Source: Nageia nagi
Taxonomy: Eukaryota > Plantae > Pinophyta
Reading direction: 5' to 3'
DNA: 64,000 nucleotides
Assembly: GCA_050084985.1 (NCBI GenBank)
Contig: JBITNC010000002.1
Span: 3,410,001-3,474,000 of the forward strand
Of the stretch, positions 11,622 through 25,273 are shown piece after piece (within the stretch, counting starts at the first letter, position 1; the number at the start of each line of letters is the position of its first letter). The position numbers were made by a program, and so were the translations under genes. The notes under the pieces were generated by a model. It made no database searches. It had not been told where the DNA came from and saw nothing but the letters and a program-made list of their open reading frames with translations.

Positions 11622-14600
11622 AGTAATTTTATTATAAAATATGCATATCTATTTTTTTATTGGTACTTTTAGATGAATAAATAGAATTGAGAGTTTAAAG
11701 TTCTAAAAGTATGACATTAGAAATAAATTTGGTATATAATGAAAACTTATGTATCACCTTTTCATTAATAAATAAGATATGTATTAAATTTTATTTAACT
11801 TACAAGCTTTCGTATGGTTATGCAATCTCTTTATAATTTATATATTTAAAGAGCTATTTTGTAATAATATATATAATAATTATTTTCATCTTACAAAAAA
11901 ATAATATACATATATATTTTATGCCTTCAAATATTAGAGGAATAAAAGAATACACAAGAAAATATCCACATATATGGTGAGAAATAGTAAGAGACATTGA
12001 TATAAATGATTTGATCCTATCACTAAAAAATAGGTGAAAAGTTCACACATAATCAATTGTATTTTAATTAAAATCATACAATGCATTGATTATCATTAAA
12101 TTAACAATATTTCATGTAGATGTGTAGCCTCCTCTAAGAGTTAAACATTTACTTTAAATTATTACAATAATTATTTGTAATATTATAAAAAAAGAAGATA
12201 AACTCTCTTTATATATATTTTAATATTATTGAAATTTTAATCCACTTTCATATTCAAATTTAGTTTTAAGGTTTGAATACATATGGTTTTTATTATCATA
12301 TTCAAACTTTTAAAGTTTTTTTTTTTGGTAGATAAATAAACTTTGTAGTAACTAAATTTGCATTTTACATAGAGTACTATCAAGGGTAATGAGCTATATA
12401 TTATTATACAAAAACCTTTTATGATACCACCATCCTAAAAAATGATGTCCACTGGTAGTGACCCAATGAGAGGCACCTTCAAAGCATTTCAGTAGAGTTG
12501 GAAGGGAATTATTCTTGGATTTCATAGAATTGTAGATAATCATTCCACCTTCAACGTCTACTATGACCCTGGAAAACCTAATTTTATAAGAAGCCAAATG
12601 GTTGATCAAGTTCCTCTTAGATGAGGTTAGGTAGGTTAATAGTATAGTATGGAATATGATCAACAAGTACCTTGGTTCGTCAATTCTAAAAAAATGATAA
12701 ATTTGTAGGGGATCACTTATGTGATAGTTGAATGTCTAGTTTATACAAGATCTTGTCTTCAAGGGAGTGCATCCTCCTAAAGATGCATAGTCATGGATCC
12801 ATAAAACTATAGGGATTTTGCTAAATGATGGATGGAGCCATGACTATAAGAGATCACCTACCGTTTGAGGGATAACCCATTCTATGCCAAAAATAGAGAA
12901 TAATTAATTCCATGGTATGGAAGAAAAATCAAAATGGATTAGTAGATAGGGTTGTTTTCAAGTGTTTGTTCACACATAATATAGGTTGATATCTCTAACC
13001 ACCCTCATCTATATACTTATTCACCAAATAAGATGTTATCATGAATTGAGGTCCAAAGAAAGAATTTCACCTTTGTCCATCTTTTTGGTGACTAAACTTG
13101 CTTCCATAATTTAAGGGGAAATTTTATAGGGGTTTTATTAGATAAAGATTTGAGCATAAAGCTAACAGACTAAACACCTGATGGGTTCAATAACCAAGCT
13201 AAGTGATTTATTTTGTTAGGATTGATTTTGTATAACCATAGTTGGGTATGTAGCTCTATATATTCATTGTAAATATCAGGAGGAAAAGGTTCTAATGTAT
13301 GCCATATTTTTTACCTCATCCCACCAGCCTTTGAGTAATACTAATAATCCTATACAAACTCACCCCATTTTCAAGTCATGTTTTCTTGCAACTTTGTAAA
13401 TTTGTTTGATTTTGAGAGAGGTCAGTCTAACAACTAAGTATCTTGCAAGAAATTGAACTTTTCCTTAATTTAGTAACTATCCATTTTAGGAATTGGAAAA
13501 TTGAGGTGTGAACCTTTTCTTAAATAATTCTAGATCATTAAACCAAATGGGGTATTTACCATTGTGAATATATATTCACCTTGATCATTGTATAGGTATT
13601 TAGATCTAATTGACTTACTCAAAAGTGAATTCTGATTCGAGGAGACCCACTATAACAACTTTCCTAATATAGCTTTATTCATTATTAGGAGTTTCCTTAT
13701 GCTAAGCTTGCCCTTCCCTAGATAAGAATAAACATCTCAAGAAACTAAATAGATTTTCATCATTTTTGAGTTTCCTTTCCATAGGAGATCCCTTATTAGA
13801 TGCTCCATTTGGAGCAATATTTTAGAGGAAAATAAAAAATTATATCCTAAAAATGGGCATTACATTGAGGATGGATTTAATCTTGACTAGCTAACCTACT
13901 GATGATATTCACTTTGCTTTCTAAATCTCCATAATTGAAGATAACCTAATATTTATCTATTTCTAGAAATATTTTATCTAACATCCTTGGAACAAAGGAA
14001 AGTACATGTATATACTAAGGATATTAATAGGAAGACTAATACCATATCTTAGATTTTGCATAGTTTGCAGCCTAAATTGATGATAGCTTATATGCATTGA
14101 TGAGGTGAGAAACATAGGATCTATTCAATTAAATCTAGAAAAATTATTGATCCAATTTACTCATATCATCTAATATGTGTAGTTGATATAGTTTGCTACT
14201 CCATCTATTACTAGTTGTGTTACTAGTGTTACTCCTAGACTATAGACCAAATATTCATAACTTTTGATTCTTAATCATGTGAATTTATTGGATTGAGGGA
14301 TATACAACCAATAAGATATCATCCACAAATTGAGAAAGGGCTATCTATGGACAAAGGTTGTTGATTTTTTTGTCTGTTATCTTATGTATAGAGTGAATAT
14401 GCCTCATCCCTTCCTAAGGCTTCAAAAACTATGATGAATAAATATGAGTATAGTGGATCTTCTTATCTTTGTTGGAATGCATAATGCATTATTGTAAAGA
14501 TTTTGTAATAATCTTCTATGTAAGTCCACTAATACTTAAGGGTATCATTTGATACCTTGAGTATTTAAGTGGATATGATAATGTAACTTGTCCTACACTC

Positions 14601-16801
14601 CATGTCATGAGCATGCCCCTTGGGTAAAAGGATGTGCATGTCATTCTTTTGTACATTGGATAAAAGGGTGATCCAAAGAGGGATTTTGGCCTATAAATAG
14701 AAGGATCCCTCTTTGAGATCACACCCCAATTTATGGAGTAAAGCTATGCTATAGGATAGTGTTTAGGAGATGAGTTAAGAGAATTGTAAGAAATTCATGT
14801 TTGTGAATGAAGTGAGATCTAGTTAGTGGATGTACTCCTAGTTGGAGTAACCACTTACATCTTGTGTTATCTTTGTGAGATTGCTTTTTGAGTTTGTTAG
14901 ATGTGTATTGTGAGCTTTCATGTGATATTGGAAGTTTAGAGTTGTTCATGTTATAGTTCAATTCTCTCATATGGTATCAAAGCTTCTTGGAGGCTTCTCT
15001 TCATATCATTGGTGTGGAACCTCATCTTCAACTTGGAGGTCTCCATTCCTCTTCATACACTCCATTATTGAGGTAAAATCAAGAAAAGGTATAAATTCCT
15101 TCCTTATTGATTATTTGTTGAATTATTGATTCATGATACTAACATATATGTTATGTACTAGTTCATTTTTTAAAAAAAATTTAATAGCAATACAATTGCA
15201 ATAGTTATTTATACTAACACCTTCTATGTTAGTTGCAATAATTTGATTACAAAATTACTCTATGTATTGTTATTTATTTTAAAAAAATGGGCTTTTCCCA
15301 CCTTAATTATTCTATCAAATAATTTTACAAATCTTTTCATAATTTTTTTAACTAACAAATAGGGAGGTAATTACTTTTTTTACAATGATTTCCATTTCAA
15401 TTAAAAAAAGAGAGGATTTATAAATAAAAGAGGTTGACCCTTGATTTACAAAGTACCTTTTTTTAGAAGGGATTTTTTGAAATGTTTGAAAATATTTTTT
15501 CTAAGGGGGAGGTCAACCAGCTGATAGTTGGCCAAACCCCACCTCTTTGTTCTTCTCTATCGGTAGCTTGGTGGCTATCTTTGGTGCCCTAAATGGAGCC
15601 CTTTGCATGTATAATGATGCATCTACAAGGGAGGTAGGAAAAATGTATTTATCTGATAGGGATAATGGTGCATGGCATAGCCACTCTCCCCATCTCCTAT
15701 CTCCTATTACACATCCTCTCCACTACTATTATGGTGATCATTGTCTTCTCCATTGCGTGGCCCACCAAAGTCCTCCTCACAGCATGGTTTTCCTCATGTC
15801 TCCTTTATTTTCAATCCAAAACACTTTGTTCCTCATAGCATGGTTTTTCTCATGTGACCCTCTTCTCTCTCGACCACATGGAGGCCCTTACAACCTAGTC
15901 ATTGTAGGTCCTAGTGGCTCTTATTTCACCCTTTGATCTTGCACCCCCCTCTATCCCTCTCAACTTGACGTTGATAGCAAGATTATAACCTACATAAGTA
16001 GACTCCTCTACCACTTTGGACTCTTAGCTCCATCACTACTCATTTCTACTTTTGTTTATTGGTCTTCCTACTCAACCCCACCTCCTATGCGATCAACTCT
16101 TCTCATGGGCTATCTCCATTACCAAGCTGTCTTGCTTAGCATTTGCTTCTCCTTCTCACATGCATCCCTCCTTATTTTTACATGGATGGCTATGTTTAAG
16201 ACCCTAATTTTTTACTTCAATTCAAGCATTTTCTTCTTTATTTATTTATTTTTTTCAACCTCCAAATCTGACTCCTTAGCTGGTAGGGGCATTGAATTTT
16301 TTTTTCTTTGGTATTTCTTGCAAGGCACCTTTTTATATTTAATGCAACTAGTGGCATTAATTTCTTGTGCAAACATATACTCCTTCCATTGGTGGGCATT
16401 TTACTCCAACTTTAAAGCATTGTCATGATTTGTATACTTACATTACTTAAGAGTAAGTAGATGGTCAAACATACATCATTACTATTAAATGCTCTTTTTC
16501 CTTTTTAGATAATGTGGTAAATACACACACACACACAGATATATATATATATATATCTATATATATATATTGGGAGTATAATTTTCTAAGTATGGCTATC
16601 CACTTAGGTAAAAATGATAATTTTTTTTCCTTAGTTAAATTTTTCTAAGGCTAAAATCACAATAAAATTATTTATGGGATTTTTAAGTAAAAGGAGGGGG
16701 AAGTATTGAATTCCTTTACTTAAAATTTCTATATCCTTAGAATCTCCTATGCTTATGATGCATGCCTATTTTAAGGACTTAATTTTTTTTAAGTTAAATA
16801 A

Positions 16802-16967
16802 TGCATGCTTAGGACTTAAATTTTTTAGGTTAATGTTGCATGCTTAGGACTTAAATTTTTTAAGTTAATATTGCATGCTTAGTACTTAAATTTTTTAAGT
16901 TAATATTGCATGCTTAAGAATTAATTTTTTTAAGTTAATGTTGCATGCTTAGGACTTAAATTTTTAA
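16802..16967 (+). repeat. 35-bp tandem repeat (about 5 copies plus a degenerate one) in the Copia leader
   Basis: Unit TGCATGCTTAGGACTTAAATTTTTTAAGTTAATRT repeated head to tail. Confidence 0.9.
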
Positions 16968-16983
16968 ATTTTTGCAAAAGTTA

Positions 16984-17252
16984 TGTTAAGATCTTGGGTG
17001 TGCAGATTCACTAATAGGTCGATATTTTGGTGTAACGGTTCATAACATTTGGTATCAGAGTAGGCCATACGTCCCAAGTTCTAATCCCCAGAAAGGGCTA
17101 CTATGGAAAGGGCTACCTAGAGAAGACTACATTGAGAGCCACCATAAGTGAGAGCCATCGAGGACGTCGGATGCGGAGTGTGGTGGAATGTTAAGATCTT
17201 GGGTGTGCAGATTCACTAACAGGTTGACCTTTTGGTGTAACGGTTCATAACA
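16984..17252 (+). mobile_element. Miniature non-autonomous LTR retrotransposon (TRIM/SMART-like), 269 bp
   Basis: 64-bp LTRs at 16984-17047 and 17189-17252 (TG...CA, 4 mismatches). PBS TGGTATCAGAG at 17050-17060. Purine-rich GGAGTGTGGTGGAA before the 3' LTR. Perfect TSD AGTTA (16979-16983 / 17253-17257). Confidence 0.92.
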
Positions 17253-18069
17253 AGTTAGCTTGTGCAAATTAAGGACCTATGCAAAGATGTCCTTTAGGGG
17301 TTAGTAAATAAAACCCATTAGACTCTTAAGATTCTAAGTTATGAATGGATGATGTTTTTTTATTTCATGTTTAACACTTTTGCTTTATTTTACTTATGCA
17401 ATATCACAAACATTGAAATGAGCAACCCTCTAAAATGAACACATTCACATGTACATTCTGCAACATGACTTATTTGAGGAGCCATGAGGTGAGGACATGC
17501 AGATTGGAGCCTTTAAGTTCAATGATTCAAATGGTGAAAAGTTTATACTTTTCAATTATCCCTAAGTCCTCTGTTGGTTTGGATATAACTCTAATAGGTG
17601 GACATACATATGTGTAGTGATACCACATGTCCACAAATCCATTCAAATATTATCTTGATAACCTAGGAGGACAACTTGAAACCTAATCATGATTAATAAT
17701 TTGATTGATCCAATAAATATCATAACCTTAAAAATAGTAGGTACTTCTCCTTATGAAAGTATAATACTAACTAAGGTGAATTGGTTGAGGATTGGTAGTA
17801 CTTGGGCTCCTCTTGTGTGGGTATCTAGGTGAAGGCCTAATTTTTAGACAAAAAAATAAGCCTCAACAACATCACTCTATATCTATGGTTCTTGGTGATG
17901 ATAAAAGTATTTGGGTACATGGGATGTATATTTGAGTTGTAAAATATTTGCACTTGTGAATCAAATCAAGCATGTCTTGGTTAATTAAATGTAACATTTA
18001 ATATTATTTATTAAACCACATGCTTATTATTTTTAATATTTTTGTGTAGCAAATAGGAGAATCCTTTTT

Positions 18070-21000
18070 ACCCAAACACATTCTTGATGGTTCCAACTTT
18101 GGTATTTGAGAAATTTGAATGAGAGCTAAATTGCAAGCAAGAAAGCTTTAACAAATAGTGAATGAGAATCTTGTACCTCCTACAGATGAGAAGGCACTAG
18201 AGGCTTACAACATAAAGAATGAGTTGGTAAGCTCTATGATCTTCCATACATTTTTAGATGATGTGCTCCTATTGATTTCCTCTTCAACCTTAGCAAAAGA
18301 AGCTTGGCATAAGCTTAAGTAAATTTACCTTTTTTCAAAGTTCTTAAGAAGATTTACTATTCTTCAAAAGTTGCTTCAATCTCATCAAGGGGAAGATAAA
18401 AATGTTGTAATCTACTTGAATAAAATAATTGACCTAAGGACCCTACTTATTGCTTGTGGATGCAATTGGATCAATGATGAGTTCATAGTCTTCATCATTC
18501 TTCAAAGCCTTTCTTGAAAGTTTAGAAACTTTATGATGGTTATATAAATAATACTTGTTGATGAAAAAGAAGTCTTCTCCCTTGAGAACCTTTCTAGGCT
18601 CCTTTTGAAGCATGAGAAAACCTTTAACAAAAAGGTGTTGAGTTCTTCTCTTAAAGATAATAATGTTGCTCTTGAAGAAACCAAAACTCTTTTTAAGAAG
18701 AATTTCAACCATCAAAAGTAATATTATCCTTTTTACTCTAAAAGGTTTGAGAAAAGAGGTAATGGCTACAATAGTAGTAGGAACAATGGCAACAACAACC
18801 ACTTCAAGTAAAGAGATAGAAAAGATAAAGTAAATAATCCATATCCTAAGGAAAAGTTTGATGGTAATTGTACCTTGTGGCATCCAAGGTCACAATGAAG
18901 TTGATTTCTATAAAAATAAAAAAGAGGAAAATATCAAAGGTAATAGTAATGTAAAGAACTTCAAAGAAAAGAAGAATGTTCAAGCTAATTTTGCTACGAT
19001 GCTCTACTCCATGTCTTGCTCTTTTTTGACTGATTAGATTTTTTACTCTTGTTGTACTAATCATTTTTGGTTTGAAAAGAAAAAGTTTGAGAACTTTTAC
19101 AAGTATAGAAAATATGCAATTGTGATAGGTGATAACTCTACCATTGAAGTCCAAGGCATTGGAATTATGTTGATTCACAGGAAGGTTCTTGCAAATGTTC
19201 TCTATATTCTTAAGTTGAGGATGAACCTTCTCTCTATGATCCAAGTTGCTAGAAAAGGGCATTCATTTGAGTTTGAATTTCAATCCTAGTGCATTAAGAA
19301 AAGACTTACCACTTTGGTTAAAAGATCAGTGAAAGATGATCTCTACATTATAGATCAAATTCTATCAAAGATATGTCTTGCTACAAGTGTATGTTCTAAA
19401 GGAAATCTTTGGCACCAACATTTAGGGAACCTTAACCATAAGAGTATTCAAGTCATAAAAGATCAAGAACTTGTGAAAGGATTACCTTTAATTTTTTCTT
19501 CAGTTGGTCTATACGAGAAGTGCATTCTTGGCAAGATTTAGAGATAAAAGTTTGAAAAAAAGAAGGTAACAAGAGCATCTCAACCTCTATAACTTGTGCA
19601 TTCAGATTTGATGAATTCATTTCAGATTAAGTCACTTAGAGGAGCATCTTACATCTTGAATTTTATTAATGACTTTAGCAGGGTGACCTTTGGGTATCTA
19701 CTTGAGCACAAGGATCAAACCTTTGAGAGTTTTAAGATTTTTAAAACTTTTGTTAAGAATCAAACTAATCTTAAAATCAAGATGTTAAGATTAAATAATG
19801 GAGGAGAATATAATAGTAATGAGTTTAATGATTATAATGATAAGTATAGAATTAAGAGGTAGTTTACAATTCCATACACTCCTTAACAGAATGGTGTCAT
19901 TGAAAGGAAAAATAGGATAATTATGGAGATGGCTAGATGTATGCTAGGTAATCTTCCTAGTTTCTTATGGGGTGAAGCTATGAGCACTAATATTTACACC
20001 TTGAATAGATGTTCCACAAAAGTTATTTAAGGTAAAAATCCTTTTGAGGCATGGTCAGGAAGAAAACTTAACATTTTACACTTTAGGATGTTTGGTTGTG
20101 AAGCATTTTCTTACATTATTTCTGAGAAAAGAAAGAAGTTATACAAAAGAGCTAAAAAAATGCATCTTTATGGGTTATGATAATTAGCATAGAGGCTATA
20201 ATATCTACTCTCCATCCTACAAAGGCCTATTTATTTCAAGGGTTGTAAAGTTCAATGAACTTCTTAAAGAATCTACTTCTAATGGGGATGTTGATGATCT
20301 AGAAGACTCTTTAGTTGCACCTAGCTGGTGGATATTAATATAGATAAGTCACCTGAAGACCTTAAATAAATTCTTATTTGCCAAGATTGACAACAAGCAT
20401 GAGCCCTCAACCTTCAAAGAAGCTTTTAAGCATGAGTGCTAGATGGAAGACATGAAAGTGGAGTATGAGGTGCTTATGAAAAATGACACTTGAGATTTGG
20501 TTCCTTATCCCAATGAGAAGAATATGATTGGAAATAATTAGATCCTTAAGGTCAAGTTCAATTTTATTGGGGATATTAATAAATACAAGGCAAGGTTAGC
20601 AGCTAAAAGTTTTGCTCAAAAATATGACGTAGAGTATGAGGAAACCTTTGCTTCCATGGCAAAAATGCCTACTATGAGAATTATCCTTGCTCTTTCTACA
20701 GCTCAAGGATGGAAATTTTTTTAACTTGATGTTAAGAGTGCATTTTTCAATGGTAACTTAGATGTAAAAATCTTCATGAATCAACCAAAAGGGGTCATTA
20801 TGGAAGGTAAAGAATCCTTTATGTGCAAGCTAAAGAAGTCATTGTATGGACTTAAGCAAGCACCTAGAGCCTGATATAAGAAGATTTTAGGGTATTTTAT
20901 AGACATTGGTTTCTCTAAGTATTTTTTTAACTCTGATCTATATGTTATTAATCAAGAAAAATATGTGATCTTTATTTTCCTCTATGTGGATGATCTTTTG

Positions 21001-21930
21001 ATAACTAGGAACAATGAAGAAATCATTCAAGAGTGCATATTCAAACTTAAGGTAACATTTGAAATGATTGATCTTGGTTTTTTACACTACTATCCTGGAA
21101 TGCAAGTGTATCAATATAAGGATTATACTAATCTCAATCAATCTAAATATATATCAGACATCTTACAAAAATTTGGAATGGAGTGTAGATATGCTGCAAT
21201 CTTAATTTCTCTTGAAATCATTATTTCTCTGAGCTCCAACTCTCAATTAGTTGATGCTATAGCTTACAAGTAATTAATTAGTATTATTTTGTAATTAACT
21301 ATATCCAAGCTAGATATTACCTTTGTAATGAATCTGATGGCATGATTCATGCAAAATCCATATGTTGAGCACCTTAATGTTGTTAAGCAAATCTTAAGGT
21401 ATGTTGTAGAGACTAAGGATCTTGCTCTCAAGTATTCTAAGTTTCCCTTATTTGTTCTCTTTGAATTCTCAAATTTTAACTATGGGGGAGATAAAGATGA
21501 TAGGAAATCAACCTCTGCAATGTGTTTAGCATTGGTTCAAGTGCTATCTCTTGGGATTCCAAGAAGCAGCCTACTATTTCTCTTTCCACCATAGAAGCTG
21601 AATATCATGCCATGTCTATTGTAACCTAGAAAGCCATTTGCCTAAGGCATCTTCTAAAAGAAATTAGGTATGAGCAAAATAGCTCATATTTGATTTTATT
21701 AGATAATCAATCGACTATTTCTTTGGCTAAGAATTTTGTGTTCTATTAGAGAATGAAACATGTGAAATCCATGCCCATTCTATCAAGAAGAAGGTTCTTA
21801 ATGGCATCATACACCTGGAGTATTATCTATCAATATTAAACTTCATTGGTTTGTTCACCACACCCCTCTTAGAAGCTGAATTCTGTAAGCTTAAGGATGT
21901 TATCAAGTTGGTGAAGTTGCCCTCAAGGGG
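18070..21930 (+). pseudogene. Disrupted Copia gag-pol polyprotein
   Basis: LDGSNFGI (gag), LWHQHLGNLN...CEKC-like integrase zinc-finger region, HSDL...INDFSR...NNGGEY integrase core, KYKARL / YGLKQAPR / LYVDDLLI RT motifs, RNase H DNQS. Many stops and frameshifts. Confidence 0.9.
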
Positions 21931-23422
21931 GAGTGAAGTTTGAATTCTTATGTTGAATTCATGTTTGTGATGACAACTTCACCCTTAAGAGGATTTTATG
22001 TTGTATAGTGTTGATTTTGTTGTACACTTTCATGGTAAGTTTGCTTTGCATGAGGAACTTGTACAAAATTTTAAAAGTAAAAAAATTGGCCAATATAGCA
22101 CTGTTCAGTTATCCATGTGTGAGAAACTCTTATGCATTTTTTGACACTATTCAGTTATCCATATGTCAGGAATTCATATGTGCATGCTCTATTTTGTAAT
22201 GATAATCAACACATGTTTTATATACAATAGCTAACTATGAATTTTGGCTTGGCATGTTCGTGATGACTTATAGTGCACCATTGATCAGTTCATGATGGCA
22301 TTTGAGTGATTCATCTATCCTTGTTGATATGAATATGTTACATCTAACTGATCTTGTTATTTGAGCTACTTATGACTTGCATATTCCTTTGAGATTTCAA
22401 GTTACTTATTTCAAGTATGTAGGCTCTTGGAGACTCATTCATGACTTCTATTTGGATTACTACTTCATGTACATTGAAATTGGTTATGGTTAATGATTCT
22501 ATTTGGCAAAGTAGTGAGTCTCAAACTAGATCTTTCTTACTTTATAAATATGTAAAACTTTCTCATCTCTATTGTATCTATTTGGAGGAAAACTCTCTTA
22601 CTTTCTATCTTATTCATTTTATCCCAATATTGCATTAAGGGGGAGTGTTGAAATGTATAATGCATTATTGTAAAGGTTTTATAATAATCCTTTATGTAAG
22701 TTCACTAATACTTAAGGGTATCATTTTATATCTTAATTATTTAGGTGAATATGATAATGTAACTTATCCTACACTCCATGTCATGAGCATGCCCCTTGGG
22801 TAAAAGGATGTGCATGCCATGCTTTTGTACATTGGATAAAAAGGTGATCCAAAGAGGGATTTTGGTCTATAAATAGAAGGCTCCCTCTTTGAGATCACAC
22901 ACCAATTTGTGGAGTAAAACTATGCTATAAGATAGTGTTTAGGAGATGAGTTAGAAGAATTGTAAGAGATTCATGTTTGTGAATGAAATGAGATCTAGTT
23001 AAAGGATGTGATCCTAGTTGGAGAAACCACTTACATCTTGTGTTATCTTTGTGAGATTTCTTTGTGAGTTTGTTAGATTTGTATTGTGAACTTTCATGTG
23101 ATCCTAGGAGTTTAGAGTTGTTCATGTTATAGTTCAATTCTCTCAATCTTAACCTTCAAGAGCAATTAAATTAGCCTCTAATGTAACCATTGATCAAGAT
23201 TAAGAATCAAACTTTCTCTAAGATACGTAAGGCAAAAATCTAATTAATACTATTAAAAGCTTAATAAAGATCACTAGCCACTTGTAGAAAGAAGTCTCAT
23301 ACATAGAATTTACACACACACACACATAGATATATATATATTATATATATATATATACCTTTACATGAAAATTGTGAAATAAAAATGGATTATTATTTAA
23401 CTAATGAAAGTAATTTTTAATA

Positions 23423-24672
23423 GGGAAAATTAATAAAATGACCATAGAAAACATTATATTTACTAAAATGATCCTAACAAATTTATAATTATAAAAATGA
23501 CCCTTAAATTTTTATTAAGTTTGATTGCCATCCACACTACCAGTTCCTCTCCTTCTCCACCAAATCTTTGGCATCCTCCTCTAGCCACTCTTCATCATAG
23601 TAGAGTATTTAGAGAATATGGAAGATAGATGTGAAGAAGATCATGTCATAAATTATAATTATGGTAAAATGGTAACATTACATCCAATGTGCATGAAACA
23701 CATGGAGCTCCATTGTCTATGAATGTCAAAAATAATTCAGGTTGATTTTGAAGTATACTTTGCACAAATATAGTAAAAAAATGATTAAAGTTTATTTTAC
23801 TCTTAACTATTATTTCATTCCATAAAATCCTTGTTGTAATGTACTATAATTTGGTGAAAAAGTGATTAAGAAAGAGAGTGATCTCAAATTTGGCCAATGA
23901 TAACCTAGACATAGTCTTACCCCTCTTTCGAATGACATGTAACATGAATTGTTCATAAGCTGCTGGTAGTAATAATATTCAATACACACTTTATGAGAAC
24001 CAAGTAGAGAATGTAAAGTATTAATGGTTAATTATTATATTTGGAAGAGATGAAACTTTTTGGGCACTTGAGCTTCCTCATGTTGCTAGCTCCATGGATC
24101 CAACTTGAGAGGTTTAGAATGGTATTTGTCATCCAAATGAGTACCAAATAGAAATACCAATACCGTCCATCCTTTTGGAATAACATAATTATGATATTAT
24201 TTTATTTATTAGTAAAATATTGTTGGATCTGCTTGATCCCACTCTGTAACAAAATGAACAAATAATAATTTTGATAAGTCCAATACAACCTTGTATATAA
24301 ATCTTGTTTGACTTCCCTCAAAGTACATGGTGTGGTAGTAGACATGCATATAGTTTCCTTTATCTTCTATCAAGCAAATTATAGAACACAATAAGTAAAT
24401 AAATTAGAGTAATCATTATTTTACTAATGGAATTCATGGTGGTCTAATCAAATACGAAGAGAAAATAATATTATAATAGATGAAAAAGGAAGAGGAGGTG
24501 AAAACGGTTGGAGGAGGATGAGCAAATACGAGGAAAATATGGTGGATAAGGGGAGAAATGGATGGTGTGGATGGTATTAAAATTCATTTAGGGTTCATTT
24601 TTCTAATTATAAATTTATTAGGGTCATTTTAGTAAATATAGTGTTTATCAAGGTCAGTCTAGTAATTATCCC
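23423..24672. mobile_element. Non-autonomous Mutator-like element (MULE), 1250 bp
   Basis: Long imperfect TIRs (GGGAAAATTAATAAAATGACC... versus reverse complement GGGATAATTACTAGACTGACC..., well over 100 bp). Perfect 9-bp TSD TTTTTAATA (23414-23422 / 24673-24681). Confidence 0.9.
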
Positions 24673-25273
24673 TTTTTAATAAAATTAAATAATAATAATT
24701 TAGCTCTTTTCTCTTTTTAAAAGACTATAAGTAATTATTATGTATTATTTCAAAGTAAGTACTTAAATATATAATTATTAAATAAGGTTATACGCATGTT
24801 ATGTTAAATGAAAATTTGTTAGAGAATAATATGTACAAATATCTTTATCTTACATGTAGCCTAAATGAGTAATAGTTTTGAATTCATTTAGTAAACTAAT
24901 AATTCTATTTTAATAATAAGTTCTCATGCAGTCAAGGTTTGATTATTATTTTGTTTAATCAGATCTCACATAGGTGATTGTGTTTCTTGTGTTATTTTGG
25001 CTTTGTATGATAGAATACAAGAGACAAATAACATTTTGGTTCTTCTATCTACTTTGCTTACTGTCTTTATGATTCATTTTCTATAGCTTATTTGAATAAC
25101 TCATGTGTGTCAAATCTAATTTGCTATGTTTCTATTTTTTCTTTGTTTATTATTGCATGTTCTAAATTCATCATATTATTGTACTAAGATATAATAGTAT
25201 TTCTATAAATTTAACTATTCAAGGTTTTTTCATTTGGTATCAGAGAATCAAGGTTTTTTTAAAATATATATTC

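Larger units (their letters stand above)
14470..23145 (+). mobile_element. Full-length degenerate Ty1/Copia LTR retrotransposon; LTRs 14470-14969 and 22646-23145
   Basis: Two 500-bp TG...CA LTRs. TSD ATCTT (14465-14469 / 23146-23150). PBS TGGTATCAAAGC (tRNA-iMet type) at 14972. PPT AAGGGGGAG at 22637-22645. Domain order gag-PR-INT-RT-RH. Confidence 0.95.
12316..23255 (-). mobile_element. 5'-truncated L1-clade LINE (12316-14469 plus 23151-about 23255), split by a Copia insertion
   Basis: Poly(A) tail seen as T11 at 12316-12326. Joined across the Copia site the minus strand gives R*EDPLYSYLFIIVFEALGR, a degenerate RQGDPLSPYLF RT motif. Many TGG>TAG/TGA stops. Confidence 0.8.

Noticed and set aside
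16802-16967. 35-bp partly palindromic repeats resembling a CRISPR array
   Set aside because: Units are directly adjacent with no unique spacers, there are no cas genes, and the context is a eukaryotic retrotransposon leader.
14749-23146. Duplicated 73-aa ORFs (MRELNYNMNNSKL...) and similar paired ORFs at 46839/50614 and 44288/63329
   Set aside because: They lie within LTR pairs or on the antisense strand of gag copies; the duplication reflects the repeats, not genes.
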